Shown: positions 8,188 through 16,403 of the stretch, in pieces
Numbering within the stretch: the first letter of the stretch is position 1
Layout: the number at the start of each line of letters is the position of its first letter
Source of the DNA: Thermoanaerobaculia bacterium
GTDB lineage: Bacteria > Acidobacteriota > Thermoanaerobaculia > UBA5066
Direction of reading: 5' to 3'
Assembly (NCBI GenBank): GCA_963719225.1
Contig: CAVRAY010000002.1
Coordinates: 128,001-192,000 of the forward strand
DNA length: 64,000 nucleotides
Program-made: the position numbers and the translations under genes
Notes under the pieces: model-generated
Seen by the model: only the letters and a program-made list of their open reading frames with translations
What the model was told of the DNA's origin: nothing
Database searches by the model: none

Positions 8188-11157
8188 ATGAAGGCCAGGA
8201 TCTCAATTGTCTCCCTGCTGAGCGTAGTCCTTGGACTCGTCGGTGGGAGCGCGCTCTCCCAGGTGGACGTCACGACCGGGCGCATCGTGGGAACCGTCGT
8301 GGATCCCGATGGGCAGCCCTTGCCGGGCGCGACGATCGCCGCGAAGAGCAAGGCGACCGGCTTGACGCTCACGGGTCTCACCGATGCACGCGGCACCTAC
8401 CGCATCGTGAGCATGCCCGTCGGAACCTATTCGGTGACGGCGTCGCTTTCGGGTTTCGGAAGTCAAAGCGAGCCCGACGTCGTGATCACCCTCGGCTCGG
8501 CCCGCACGGTCGACTTCAACCTCGGTCTCGCGCCCCGCTCCGCGGCCATCACGATCACCGACGAGGTTCGCACAGTCGAAACGACGCAGACGGCCAGCCA
8601 AACCACGGTCGACAACAACGCGATCAGGAGCCTCCCCATCAACGGGCGCAACTTCTCGGACCTCGTCCTCCTCGTGCCCAACGCGCAGAAGGACCCCGTC
8701 AAGGGAAACATCCAGCTCGCCGGCCAGCGCGGCATCAACACGAGCGTCACGCTCGACGGCGTCGACTACAACGACGCGTTCTTCGGCGGTTCGTCCGGAG
8801 ACGGCTCCGCCGAAGGCCGGGCTCCGTTCACCTTGTCGCAGGAGTCCGTCCGTGAATTGCAGGTGATCGGAAACGGCGCCTCGGTGGAGTTCGGGCGCTC
8901 CGGCGGCGGCTTCGTGAACGTCGTCACGAAGAGCGGGAGCAACGCTCTACACGGCTCGGCATTCACTTACAGCCGTCCAAAATCGCTCACGGCCCGATTC
9001 GCAGACGGCACGGATCCAAAGGACCAGCAGACGCAGCAGGTCGGCGCGTCGATCGGTGGGCCGGTTCTTCGCAACAAGCTGTTCTTTTTCGGAGCGTGGG
9101 ACCAGCAGAAACAGTCGACGACGATTCCGATCACGTCGAGCCTCATCACCGACCCGGACATCGCCGCTCGCTATCCGAGGCTCGGACAGACGGACACGAG
9201 CTACGTCCAGGAGCAGAACGGCAGGGTGTTTTTCGGCCGTGTCGACCTGCAACTCGGCAGCCGGCACCGCGTTTACGCCCGGGCGAACTACGCGACGTAC
9301 GACGGGCTGAACGGCACGTCGAGCAGCCAGGCGCAGTCCACGAGCCACAACGGTATCGAGGGGCTGACGTCGAGCTCGTACGTGGCGAGCTGGAACGCGC
9401 TCTATTACCCAAGCACCATCAACGACCTCAACTTCCAGTATGCCCGGAACGATGTCCCGCGCAGGGACAAGGGCCTGGGCCTGCCGGAGATCCGGCTCGG
9501 AAGACCCAGGGGCCCATTTGCCTCGTTCGGCGAGGTCAGTCTCCTCCCGACCCTGGCGACGGACGACCGCATCAGCATCGGCGACACGGCGGCCTTTCTC
9601 GCCGGCGCTCACATGATGAAGGTGGGTGGCGACTACAACGACACCGGCGCGGACCAGATCTTCAAGACCTACTGGCGTGGCAGCTTCAGCTTCAGCTACG
9701 TGACGGCGGACCTTGCAAAGCAAGCCTTTCTCGCCGGCAAGTGGACCCAATACGTCGAGTTCCTCGGCTTGAAAGGCAACACGGTGGACCAGGCCGGACG
9801 GTTCAACGCCCGCCAGAGGGAACTCGCCTTCTTCGTTCAGGACCAGTGGTACGTCAGCTCGTCGCTGACCATCACGGCGGGCCTGAGGTACGAGCGCCTC
9901 GACAATCCCGACGATCCGGTTCTAGACGCGAGAAAGGTCGTCGTGCCGGGCGCCAGGAACGTCCAGCCCGACGCGCAGATTCCGGATGCAAACAACCAGT
10001 GGTCGCCGCGCCTGTCGCTCGCGTGGTCGCCCGGGAGGGACGCGAAGAGCGTCGTACGCATCTCCCTCGGCCGCTACTGGAGCCGCACACCGGCAGTCCT
10101 CTTCGCCCAGCTCTACTCGAACAACGGCCTTGCCGGGGCGACCTACGCCGTGGACGCCAACACCGCGGGGCCGACCGGATTCCCCGCCCCCGGGTGGGGA
10201 ACGGACTTCAACCCGAACGCCGTCCAGCAGCTCGGGAATCTGCCGCCCGGCACCTCCATCGGGGCCCTGAGCGTTTACAGCATGTCGCCGGATTTCAAGA
10301 ACCCGCACACCGACAAGATTACGGTCGGCGCCGAGCGCGAGCTCTTCGGCATCGCCTGGGGCCTCGAAGGGATCTGGGCCAAGAGCTACGACCTCGAGCG
10401 CCTGGACGACCCGAACCTCCTCGCCGCGCCGGCCGCGAACTGCCCCCTGCTCGACCCGAATTCCGGCTCGGCCTGCTACGGCGCCTCGCCGATTTCCGCC
10501 GCGCAGAACTCGGTCAACCCGAACTACGGGCGCCTCACGGTCTACGCGTCGGACGCGCGTTCGGATTTCAAGTCCTTGACGCTGTCCTTCCGGAGGAATT
10601 TCTCGAATGGCTTCCGCTTCTTCGGCTCGGTCACGCGCGCGTCCGATTACGACACCGACTCGAACGAGCGCAACTTCGTCGGCGTCACGCTCTGGGACCG
10701 CCACAACCCTGAGCTGAACTGGGGCCCGTCCGATCGCGACATCGAGTGGCGCGGCGTGGCGAACGCCTCGTATGAGCGCCGGTTCGGGAAAGTCGACGCG
10801 TTCTCGTCCGTTCTCTTCGTCTACCAGACCGGCCACCCGTACACCGCGTACACGGGCAGGGACGACAACAAAGACGGGGCCTTTTTCGACCGCGCCACGA
10901 TCGACGGCGTCGTCGTCGGACGGAATTCGTTCCGCCAGCCCGACTTCTACACGGTGGACGTGCGCTTCGGCCTGGGCTTTCGGCTGGGGCCCGGCACGCT
11001 TGCGGTGTTCCTCGACGTTTTCAACCTCACGAACACGGGCAACCGCTCGACGAGCCTGACGATTTATCCGGGCAGCGGATCGACGTCCTTCGGCGCACTC
11101 GACGCCTTCACGACGACCCCGCGCACGCTACAGCTTTCGGGCCGGTACGATTTCTAG
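8188..11157 (+). CDS. TonB-dependent receptor, Oar-like, with N-terminal carboxypeptidase-regulatory-like domain
   Basis: Signal peptide MKARISIVSLL; GTVVDPDGQPLPGATI; LPINGRNF; EFGRSGGGFVNVVTKSGSN; C-terminal PRTLQLSGRYDF ending in Phe. Confidence 0.92.
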   Translation: MKARISIVSLLSVVLGLVGGSALSQVDVTTGRIVGTVVDPDGQPLPGATIAAKSKATGLTLTGLTDARGTYRIVSMPVGTYSVTASLSGFGSQSEPDVVITLGSARTVDFNLGLAPRSAAITITDEVRTVETTQTASQTTVDNNAIRSLPINGRNFSDLVLLVPNAQKDPVKGNIQLAGQRGINTSVTLDGVDYNDAFFGGSSGDGSAEGRAPFTLSQESVRELQVIGNGASVEFGRSGGGFVNVVTKSGSNALHGSAFTYSRPKSLTARFADGTDPKDQQTQQVGASIGGPVLRNKLFFFGAWDQQKQSTTIPITSSLITDPDIAARYPRLGQTDTSYVQEQNGRVFFGRVDLQLGSRHRVYARANYATYDGLNGTSSSQAQSTSHNGIEGLTSSSYVASWNALYYPSTINDLNFQYARNDVPRRDKGLGLPEIRLGRPRGPFASFGEVSLLPTLATDDRISIGDTAAFLAGAHMMKVGGDYNDTGADQIFKTYWRGSFSFSYVTADLAKQAFLAGKWTQYVEFLGLKGNTVDQAGRFNARQRELAFFVQDQWYVSSSLTITAGLRYERLDNPDDPVLDARKVVVPGARNVQPDAQIPDANNQWSPRLSLAWSPGRDAKSVVRISLGRYWSRTPAVLFAQLYSNNGLAGATYAVDANTAGPTGFPAPGWGTDFNPNAVQQLGNLPPGTSIGALSVYSMSPDFKNPHTDKITVGAERELFGIAWGLEGIWAKSYDLERLDDPNLLAAPAANCPLLDPNSGSACYGASPISAAQNSVNPNYGRLTVYASDARSDFKSLTLSFRRNFSNGFRFFGSVTRASDYDTDSNERNFVGVTLWDRHNPELNWGPSDRDIEWRGVANASYERRFGKVDAFSSVLFVYQTGHPYTAYTGRDDNKDGAFFDRATIDGVVVGRNSFRQPDFYTVDVRFGLGFRLGPGTLAVFLDVFNLTNTGNRSTSLTIYPGSGSTSFGALDAFTTTPRTLQLSGRYDF

Positions 11158-11186
11158 ACCCCGCGCCGCGGCAGCCGCCTGCGCCC

Positions 11187-13790
11187 TCACTTCAACCCCT
11201 CGACGAGGAAGAGCTCGGAGGAATAGCGGTGGTGCGTGTAGACGCAGGCCTTCCCGTCCGCCGAGAAGAGGATCGCCCCGATGGCTCCGCCACCCGACGG
11301 ATTGACGGGCGGGATCTCCTTCCAGAGCTCCCGGCGTCCGGTGCGTGGATCGAGGCGGTGGACACGCGTGGGGATCGCCGGCTCGCCGGCGCGCAGCTCG
11401 TCCGCGCTGCGGACGTAGAGGAGCTTTCCGTCCGCGGAAAACTGATTCGGCTCCTCACCGGGAAGGAGGCCGACGACCTTGTGGGTTTCCGTCGTCTCCG
11501 TTGAATAGAGGGTCCAGTCGCCATCGGCCGCTTGCGCACAGAAGAAGCGTCCGTCGCCCGACAGCAGCGTCCCTCCGACCCCCAGGGGCGTGACCGCGCG
11601 GGGCTTCCCCCCGGAGAGATCCTGCACCCATGCACGCCGTCCGTGCGCGGAATCCTCCGCCATGAACCAGATTCTTCGACTGTCCGGAAAGAAACCCATC
11701 CGTCCCCCCTGGAGGAGGCCAGGCGTCTCGATGAGCCGTTTCTGTCCGGGACCGGTTGGAATGAGCAGAATCAGCGGGTCCGGACGGGCGCTGGCGAGCA
11801 CCAACTTTCCGTCCGGCGAAAGCGCCCACGCATAGCCGTCGCCCAGCCGTTTCGGCGGCGCGCCGTCGGTCCGCCGCAGATAGAGCCCGCGCCGGCCGCC
11901 CTGCCCCATGTCGTTGAAGAGAAGAGTGTCGCCGCTCGGAGCCAGATCCACGGCCACCGGGCGGTCGAGGTGGGAGAGATTCCGTGGGCGGGCCTCGCCC
12001 GGAAAGTCCCCCAGGATCTCCGAGCTCTCGGAGATGCGACCGAGGAGCACACGACCATCCGACGAGATGTCGTGGAGGACGAAGTCTCCCGGCAGCGTCG
12101 TCACGCGCCTCTTCGGGCGGCCCGGAACGACGGCGAACAGCTCGGTGGTCCCGCCCGCGACGGAGTTGAACCAGATCTCATTCGTCGCGCGGCTCCACGC
12201 AACCTCCAGGGCTCGCTCGCCCAGATCGCGGACCTGGCCACCGGGCTCCGTCACGTAGAGGTTGAGGCGGGAGACGAACGCAACCCGATCACCCGACGGC
12301 GAGATCGAAATGCGGGGATAAAGAGGGGTTCTTTCGTAGAGCACCTTGCCCACCGGAAACTCGAGCTGGTTCTTGCCTCCGACTTGGCGCACGACCGCGA
12401 GTGACTTGCCGTCCGGGCTCCAGTTTGCGAAGTACACGTCTTCGAGAAGCTCTCGTGGGGTGCCGCCGGCGAGCGGCGCCTCGGCGAGCACCCCCCGGGC
12501 CTGACTCGGGCTGGCACCCGAAATGTCCGAGTGTGGCGCGCGAAAAAACAAGGAGAACCGCGGCGCGAGAAGAAGCGCCATCTGGCCGGAGGAGGAGATG
12601 GAGAGAATCTCCGCCCCCCGAAGGCCGAGCGAACGCGTCTCTGGGCTGTCGAGGCGCGCGGTGAAGAGCTCGAGGGGCTTGCCCTCCCACTGCGCGGCGT
12701 ACACCACCGTTTGCCCGTCCGGCGCAAACCGCGCCGTCGAGATGCCGGCGCCGCGAAATGTCAGCTGCCGGAAGCGTGGCGGGGAGGTGCTCGACCGCTC
12801 GACGCGCCGGCCGAGCAGATAGATTCCGCCCAGCGCTGCTAGCAGCGCAGCCGCCAGACCGATCGCTCCCCATCGTGCCCGGCGCCGCGGAGTCTCGAGC
12901 GAGTGTCTGGCCTCGCCCGAGAGATCCGAGACGTGCTCCCGCAGGGTTGCGAGATCTCGCGCGAGGTCCTCCGTCGCCGCATAGCGGCCCCGCGGCTCCT
13001 TGGCGAGGCACCGCTCGACGATCCAGCGCAACTGAGAGGGGGCCTTGGAATTGAGTGCCGCAATCGACTCCGGCTGCTCCCGAATGATCGCCGCGAGTAC
13101 TTCCGGCCTGGTCGCCCGGTCGAATGCCTGTTTGCCAGTCATCATCTCGTAGAGGATCGAGCCAAAGGAGAACTGATCGGACCGGAAATCCACCGCTTGT
13201 CCGGCCGCCTGCTCGGGCGACATGTAGCCGACGGTCCCCAGGACGACACCGGGCTCGGTCGCGCCGGAAATTGTGATGCCTGGCTCCGTCTGCCCTCTTT
13301 CCGACTCGGAATGCGTCAACTTCGCGACGCCGAAATCGAGGATCTTGACGAAGCCGTCGCTCGTGACCATGACGTTTTCGGGCTTCAGGTCCCGGTGAAC
13401 GATGCCCGACGCATGAGCCTTGGCGAGCCCGTCGGCCACCTGAGCGGCGATCGAGAGCACCTTGCGCAGAGGAAGAGGGTCGGCATAAAGCAACTCCCGC
13501 AACGTATTTCCATCTACCAGCTCCATGACGATGAAAGAGGTCGAATCGCTCTGTCCGACCTCGTGGATCGTCACGATGTTGGGATGGTTCAAGGCGGAGG
13601 CCAGTCGCGCCTCCGCCTCGAAGCGTTTCAGGCGAGCCGTATCGGAGGACAGCGCGGCGGGCAGCACCTTGATCGCGACCTCGCGCTCAAGCCGCGTGTC
13701 CCTGGCACGGTAAACCTCCCCCATCCCGCCCGCTCCAAGCGGGCTCAGCACCTCGTACGGGCCAAGTCGCGTACTCGCGGGAATCGTCAT
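11187..13790 (-). CDS. Hanks-type Ser/Thr protein kinase with a TM helix and an extracytoplasmic TolB/PD40-like beta-propeller
   Basis: GAGGMGEVY, VAIK, HRDLKPEN, DFG, GTVGYMSPEQ; TM WGAIGLAAALLAALGGIYLLG; repeated SPDG-type blades. The start could alternatively be 13808. Confidence 0.92.
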   Translation of the reverse strand: MTIPASTRLGPYEVLSPLGAGGMGEVYRARDTRLEREVAIKVLPAALSSDTARLKRFEAEARLASALNHPNIVTIHEVGQSDSTSFIVMELVDGNTLRELLYADPLPLRKVLSIAAQVADGLAKAHASGIVHRDLKPENVMVTSDGFVKILDFGVAKLTHSESERGQTEPGITISGATEPGVVLGTVGYMSPEQAAGQAVDFRSDQFSFGSILYEMMTGKQAFDRATRPEVLAAIIREQPESIAALNSKAPSQLRWIVERCLAKEPRGRYAATEDLARDLATLREHVSDLSGEARHSLETPRRRARWGAIGLAAALLAALGGIYLLGRRVERSSTSPPRFRQLTFRGAGISTARFAPDGQTVVYAAQWEGKPLELFTARLDSPETRSLGLRGAEILSISSSGQMALLLAPRFSLFFRAPHSDISGASPSQARGVLAEAPLAGGTPRELLEDVYFANWSPDGKSLAVVRQVGGKNQLEFPVGKVLYERTPLYPRISISPSGDRVAFVSRLNLYVTEPGGQVRDLGERALEVAWSRATNEIWFNSVAGGTTELFAVVPGRPKRRVTTLPGDFVLHDISSDGRVLLGRISESSEILGDFPGEARPRNLSHLDRPVAVDLAPSGDTLLFNDMGQGGRRGLYLRRTDGAPPKRLGDGYAWALSPDGKLVLASARPDPLILLIPTGPGQKRLIETPGLLQGGRMGFFPDSRRIWFMAEDSAHGRRAWVQDLSGGKPRAVTPLGVGGTLLSGDGRFFCAQAADGDWTLYSTETTETHKVVGLLPGEEPNQFSADGKLLYVRSADELRAGEPAIPTRVHRLDPRTGRRELWKEIPPVNPSGGGAIGAILFSADGKACVYTHHRYSSELFLVEGLK

Positions 13791-13856
13791 CGGACCACCG
13801 GAAATCATATCGCCCGGGGGGCCGTCGCCTCATCGTGTACCGGTGCCCTGACCGTT

Positions 13857-15611
13857 CTACGGGCCCTCCTTCCAGGTGAACTTCCGCGACGGGTAATGAC
13901 GCACGAGACCGCCGGGGCCCTGGAAGACGACCGAGAGCTCGTGCTCACCCTTGTCCCCCGGGTGAAAAGCGAAGGAGCTCTCATAACCCGCAGTCGAGCA
14001 GTCTCCGAGTGACGGGAGCGCCGCCTGGACGTCCGGGCGCGCGACGCGCGACTGGCTGATCGCGAATCGCGGAGCGCCGTCGATGAGGACGGTCACCCCG
14101 AGGTCGCTCCCCGGAACGCGCGCCCAGCCCTTCACGGTGAGGTCTCCCGTCACAGTGGCGCCCTCGGCCGGCATGTCGATCGAGCCCGTCAGCGTCGCCG
14201 CCTCCGTGCCGATCGGAATCAGCAGCGAGCCGTCCATCTCCGCCCAGGAGATGAACACCCCCGCGACGGATTTTCCGAGCTGCACACCTGCCACGTTGTC
14301 CATCTGGTAGTGAATGCCGGCCCAGATTCTCGAGTCGCCGCCCTCCTTGCCGACGGCCCGGATGAAATCGGCACGCGTCGGGAACAGGTACGCGAGGATC
14401 TCGGACCGGCTCGCCGAGAACGTCGAGTGGTTCGAGGGATAGGACGGGAAGTTGGGAACCGCGAAGAGCGGCACGATCGCGGGATCGAGCTGATGTGGCC
14501 GCGGGTACCAGTACGCAAACTTCCCGTCCTGGCTTGCGATGAAGGCGTCGTACTGCGTCGAGGCGAGGAGCGCGTACACGCGCGCCGCGCGGGGCGGATT
14601 CCGGTCCAGCCCGTCCTCGAACATGAACTTGTCGGCGTACCGGTAGGGCCAGCTGTTGAGGCCTTCCGGACTCTGCCAGTAATAGGCCTTGTAATTGCTC
14701 ACGAACGTCCGCGGAAAGTTTCGAACCGTCGCCACGTCGGCCAGCACCTCGGGCGTGTCGCACGCCGGCGGCGCCGCCGGTCTGAACTCGCTGGCAGAGG
14801 TCAGCAGAAGTGGTCTCCAGGTCCCGCCCGTGACGTTGCCCGGATTCGTGCCGGTCCACTTGCAGGGTCCGGTCGGCACGCTGCCCGTCCAGACGGCATC
14901 CGAACCATCCGCTTTCGCCTTCGCGATGACCTGCTCGGCGACTTTCCGGCCGAGCTCGAGTCCGGCCGTGTAGTCGCTGGGGTACTGAAGGCCGGCGAGG
15001 ACCCGGGACCAACCCGCCTCCTCGGCCATCGCCTGGAAAGACTGTGCCTCCGCGGGCAGGAAATACGCGAGCACGGACGCCGCGGCCTGCGCCGTCGCGG
15101 CGTGCTCGGACGGATACGACGGGCTGTTCGGAACCGACAGGGCCGTGGGCAGGCCGCGCCGGACCTCGCTCGGCCGCCGACGGTTGTAGACGTACTTTGA
15201 TTCCCACGTCGCGATCGTCGCGTCGTACATAGCCTGCGCCAGGTACGTGTAAACGCGGTGCGCGTAAGCGGTCGTCGCCGTTCCGGCGAGGAGGCGCGCG
15301 TTGAGCATATCCATCCAGCGATAGGCCGGGGCCCCGGCGTCCCAGAACTCGATTCGCTGAAGGGTCTGCGCATCGTTGCGGCCGACGAGGCTTCCGAGAG
15401 CGTTCAGTTCGGCTTGGGTCTCCGCGAATCCCGGAGGCGCGGGGGCGCGAAAGTCCTTGCCGGAGGAAATGACCCACGTGCGCCAGGTGCCGGCTGTCGG
15501 CTCGATCTGGGCGCGATCGCGTCCCCCGCCGTCCGCGTGGGCGCGTGACGCGATGCAGGCGACGATGAGCGACATGCCGATGCCGGTCGCAAGATGTGAT
15601 CGAGTCTTCAT
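13857..15611 (-). CDS. Secreted vanadium-dependent haloperoxidase / PAP2-superfamily protein with two PAP2 domains and a C-terminal Ig-like domain
   Basis: Domain 1 has KYVYNRRRP, PSYPSEH and SRVLAGLQYPSD. Domain 2 has KFAYWYPRP, PSYPSNH and SRIWAGIHYQMD. Signal peptide present. Confidence 0.85.
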   Translation of the reverse strand: MKTRSHLATGIGMSLIVACIASRAHADGGGRDRAQIEPTAGTWRTWVISSGKDFRAPAPPGFAETQAELNALGSLVGRNDAQTLQRIEFWDAGAPAYRWMDMLNARLLAGTATTAYAHRVYTYLAQAMYDATIATWESKYVYNRRRPSEVRRGLPTALSVPNSPSYPSEHAATAQAAASVLAYFLPAEAQSFQAMAEEAGWSRVLAGLQYPSDYTAGLELGRKVAEQVIAKAKADGSDAVWTGSVPTGPCKWTGTNPGNVTGGTWRPLLLTSASEFRPAAPPACDTPEVLADVATVRNFPRTFVSNYKAYYWQSPEGLNSWPYRYADKFMFEDGLDRNPPRAARVYALLASTQYDAFIASQDGKFAYWYPRPHQLDPAIVPLFAVPNFPSYPSNHSTFSASRSEILAYLFPTRADFIRAVGKEGGDSRIWAGIHYQMDNVAGVQLGKSVAGVFISWAEMDGSLLIPIGTEAATLTGSIDMPAEGATVTGDLTVKGWARVPGSDLGVTVLIDGAPRFAISQSRVARPDVQAALPSLGDCSTAGYESSFAFHPGDKGEHELSVVFQGPGGLVRHYPSRKFTWKEGP

Positions 15612-15718
15612 AACTGCCGTCCTTTCACTTTCGCGTGTGGATTAACCGCCGTTCCTGAGACTCCGTCGCATTCCCGTGGCTCTCAAAATGGGTTCGCCTC
15701 CTCGAGATGTCTCAGGAG

Positions 15719-15757
15719 TGCGATAAGCTCTCGCTACCTTTTCGCTAAGGGTTCGCG
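15719..15757. promoter_or_regulatory. Putative regulator binding site (11-bp-phased tcgct repeats)
   Basis: gcgat (15720), tcgct (15731), tcgct (15742), tcgcg (15753) directly upstream of the second wHTH-FHA gene. Confidence 0.45.
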
Positions 15758-15758
15758 G

Positions 15759-16403
15759 ATGCGGCTGACGATCGGTCGTTGCCTCTTCGATTCGGGAGCC
15801 CGGGAGGTTTCTCGGGACGGTCGGCCCGTGGCGATTTCTCCGAAAGCCTTTCAGCTCCTGGACCTCCTCATCGGCAGGCGCCCCAACGCCGTCTCGAAGG
15901 AGCAGCTTCACGAGGTCCTCTGGCCGGACACGTTCGTTTCCGACGCGAACCTGCCGAACCTCGTCGCGGAGCTGCGTGCGAGCCTCGGCGACGAGGCCCG
16001 AAATCCCCGCGTGATCCGGACGGTGCCGCGGTTCGGCTACGCGTTCTGCGGCGAAGCGGTGCCGGTGCCGAGCGAGCCGGGCCGCCCAGCCGGATTCAAG
16101 CTGACCTGGAGCGGCCGCGCGATCGCGCTTCGGGAAGGAGAGAACATCCTGGGCAGAGAGCCCGACGCCGCGGTCTGGCTCGACGTGGGCAGCGTGTCGC
16201 GCCGCCATGCGCGCATCGTCGTGTCGGGAGATTCGGCGACGCTGGAGGACCTCGGCAGCAAGAACGGAACGTTCCGGAAGGGTAAGGCGGTCACACGGCC
16301 GGCCGCCCTTGCCGACGGCGATCGCTTACGCATCGGAACCGTGGAGATGACCTTACGGTACTACGCTGGGGCCGTCTCGACGCAGGGGGTGCGAAGCCGG
16401 TGA
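15759..16403 (+). CDS. Winged-helix plus FHA domain transcriptional regulator (paralog of 7471-8127)
   Basis: ISPKAFQLLDLL, LWPDTFVSDANL, RTVPRFGYAF, SRRHARI, DLGSKNGT. Confidence 0.9.
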   Translation: MRLTIGRCLFDSGAREVSRDGRPVAISPKAFQLLDLLIGRRPNAVSKEQLHEVLWPDTFVSDANLPNLVAELRASLGDEARNPRVIRTVPRFGYAFCGEAVPVPSEPGRPAGFKLTWSGRAIALREGENILGREPDAAVWLDVGSVSRRHARIVVSGDSATLEDLGSKNGTFRKGKAVTRPAALADGDRLRIGTVEMTLRYYAGAVSTQGVRSR

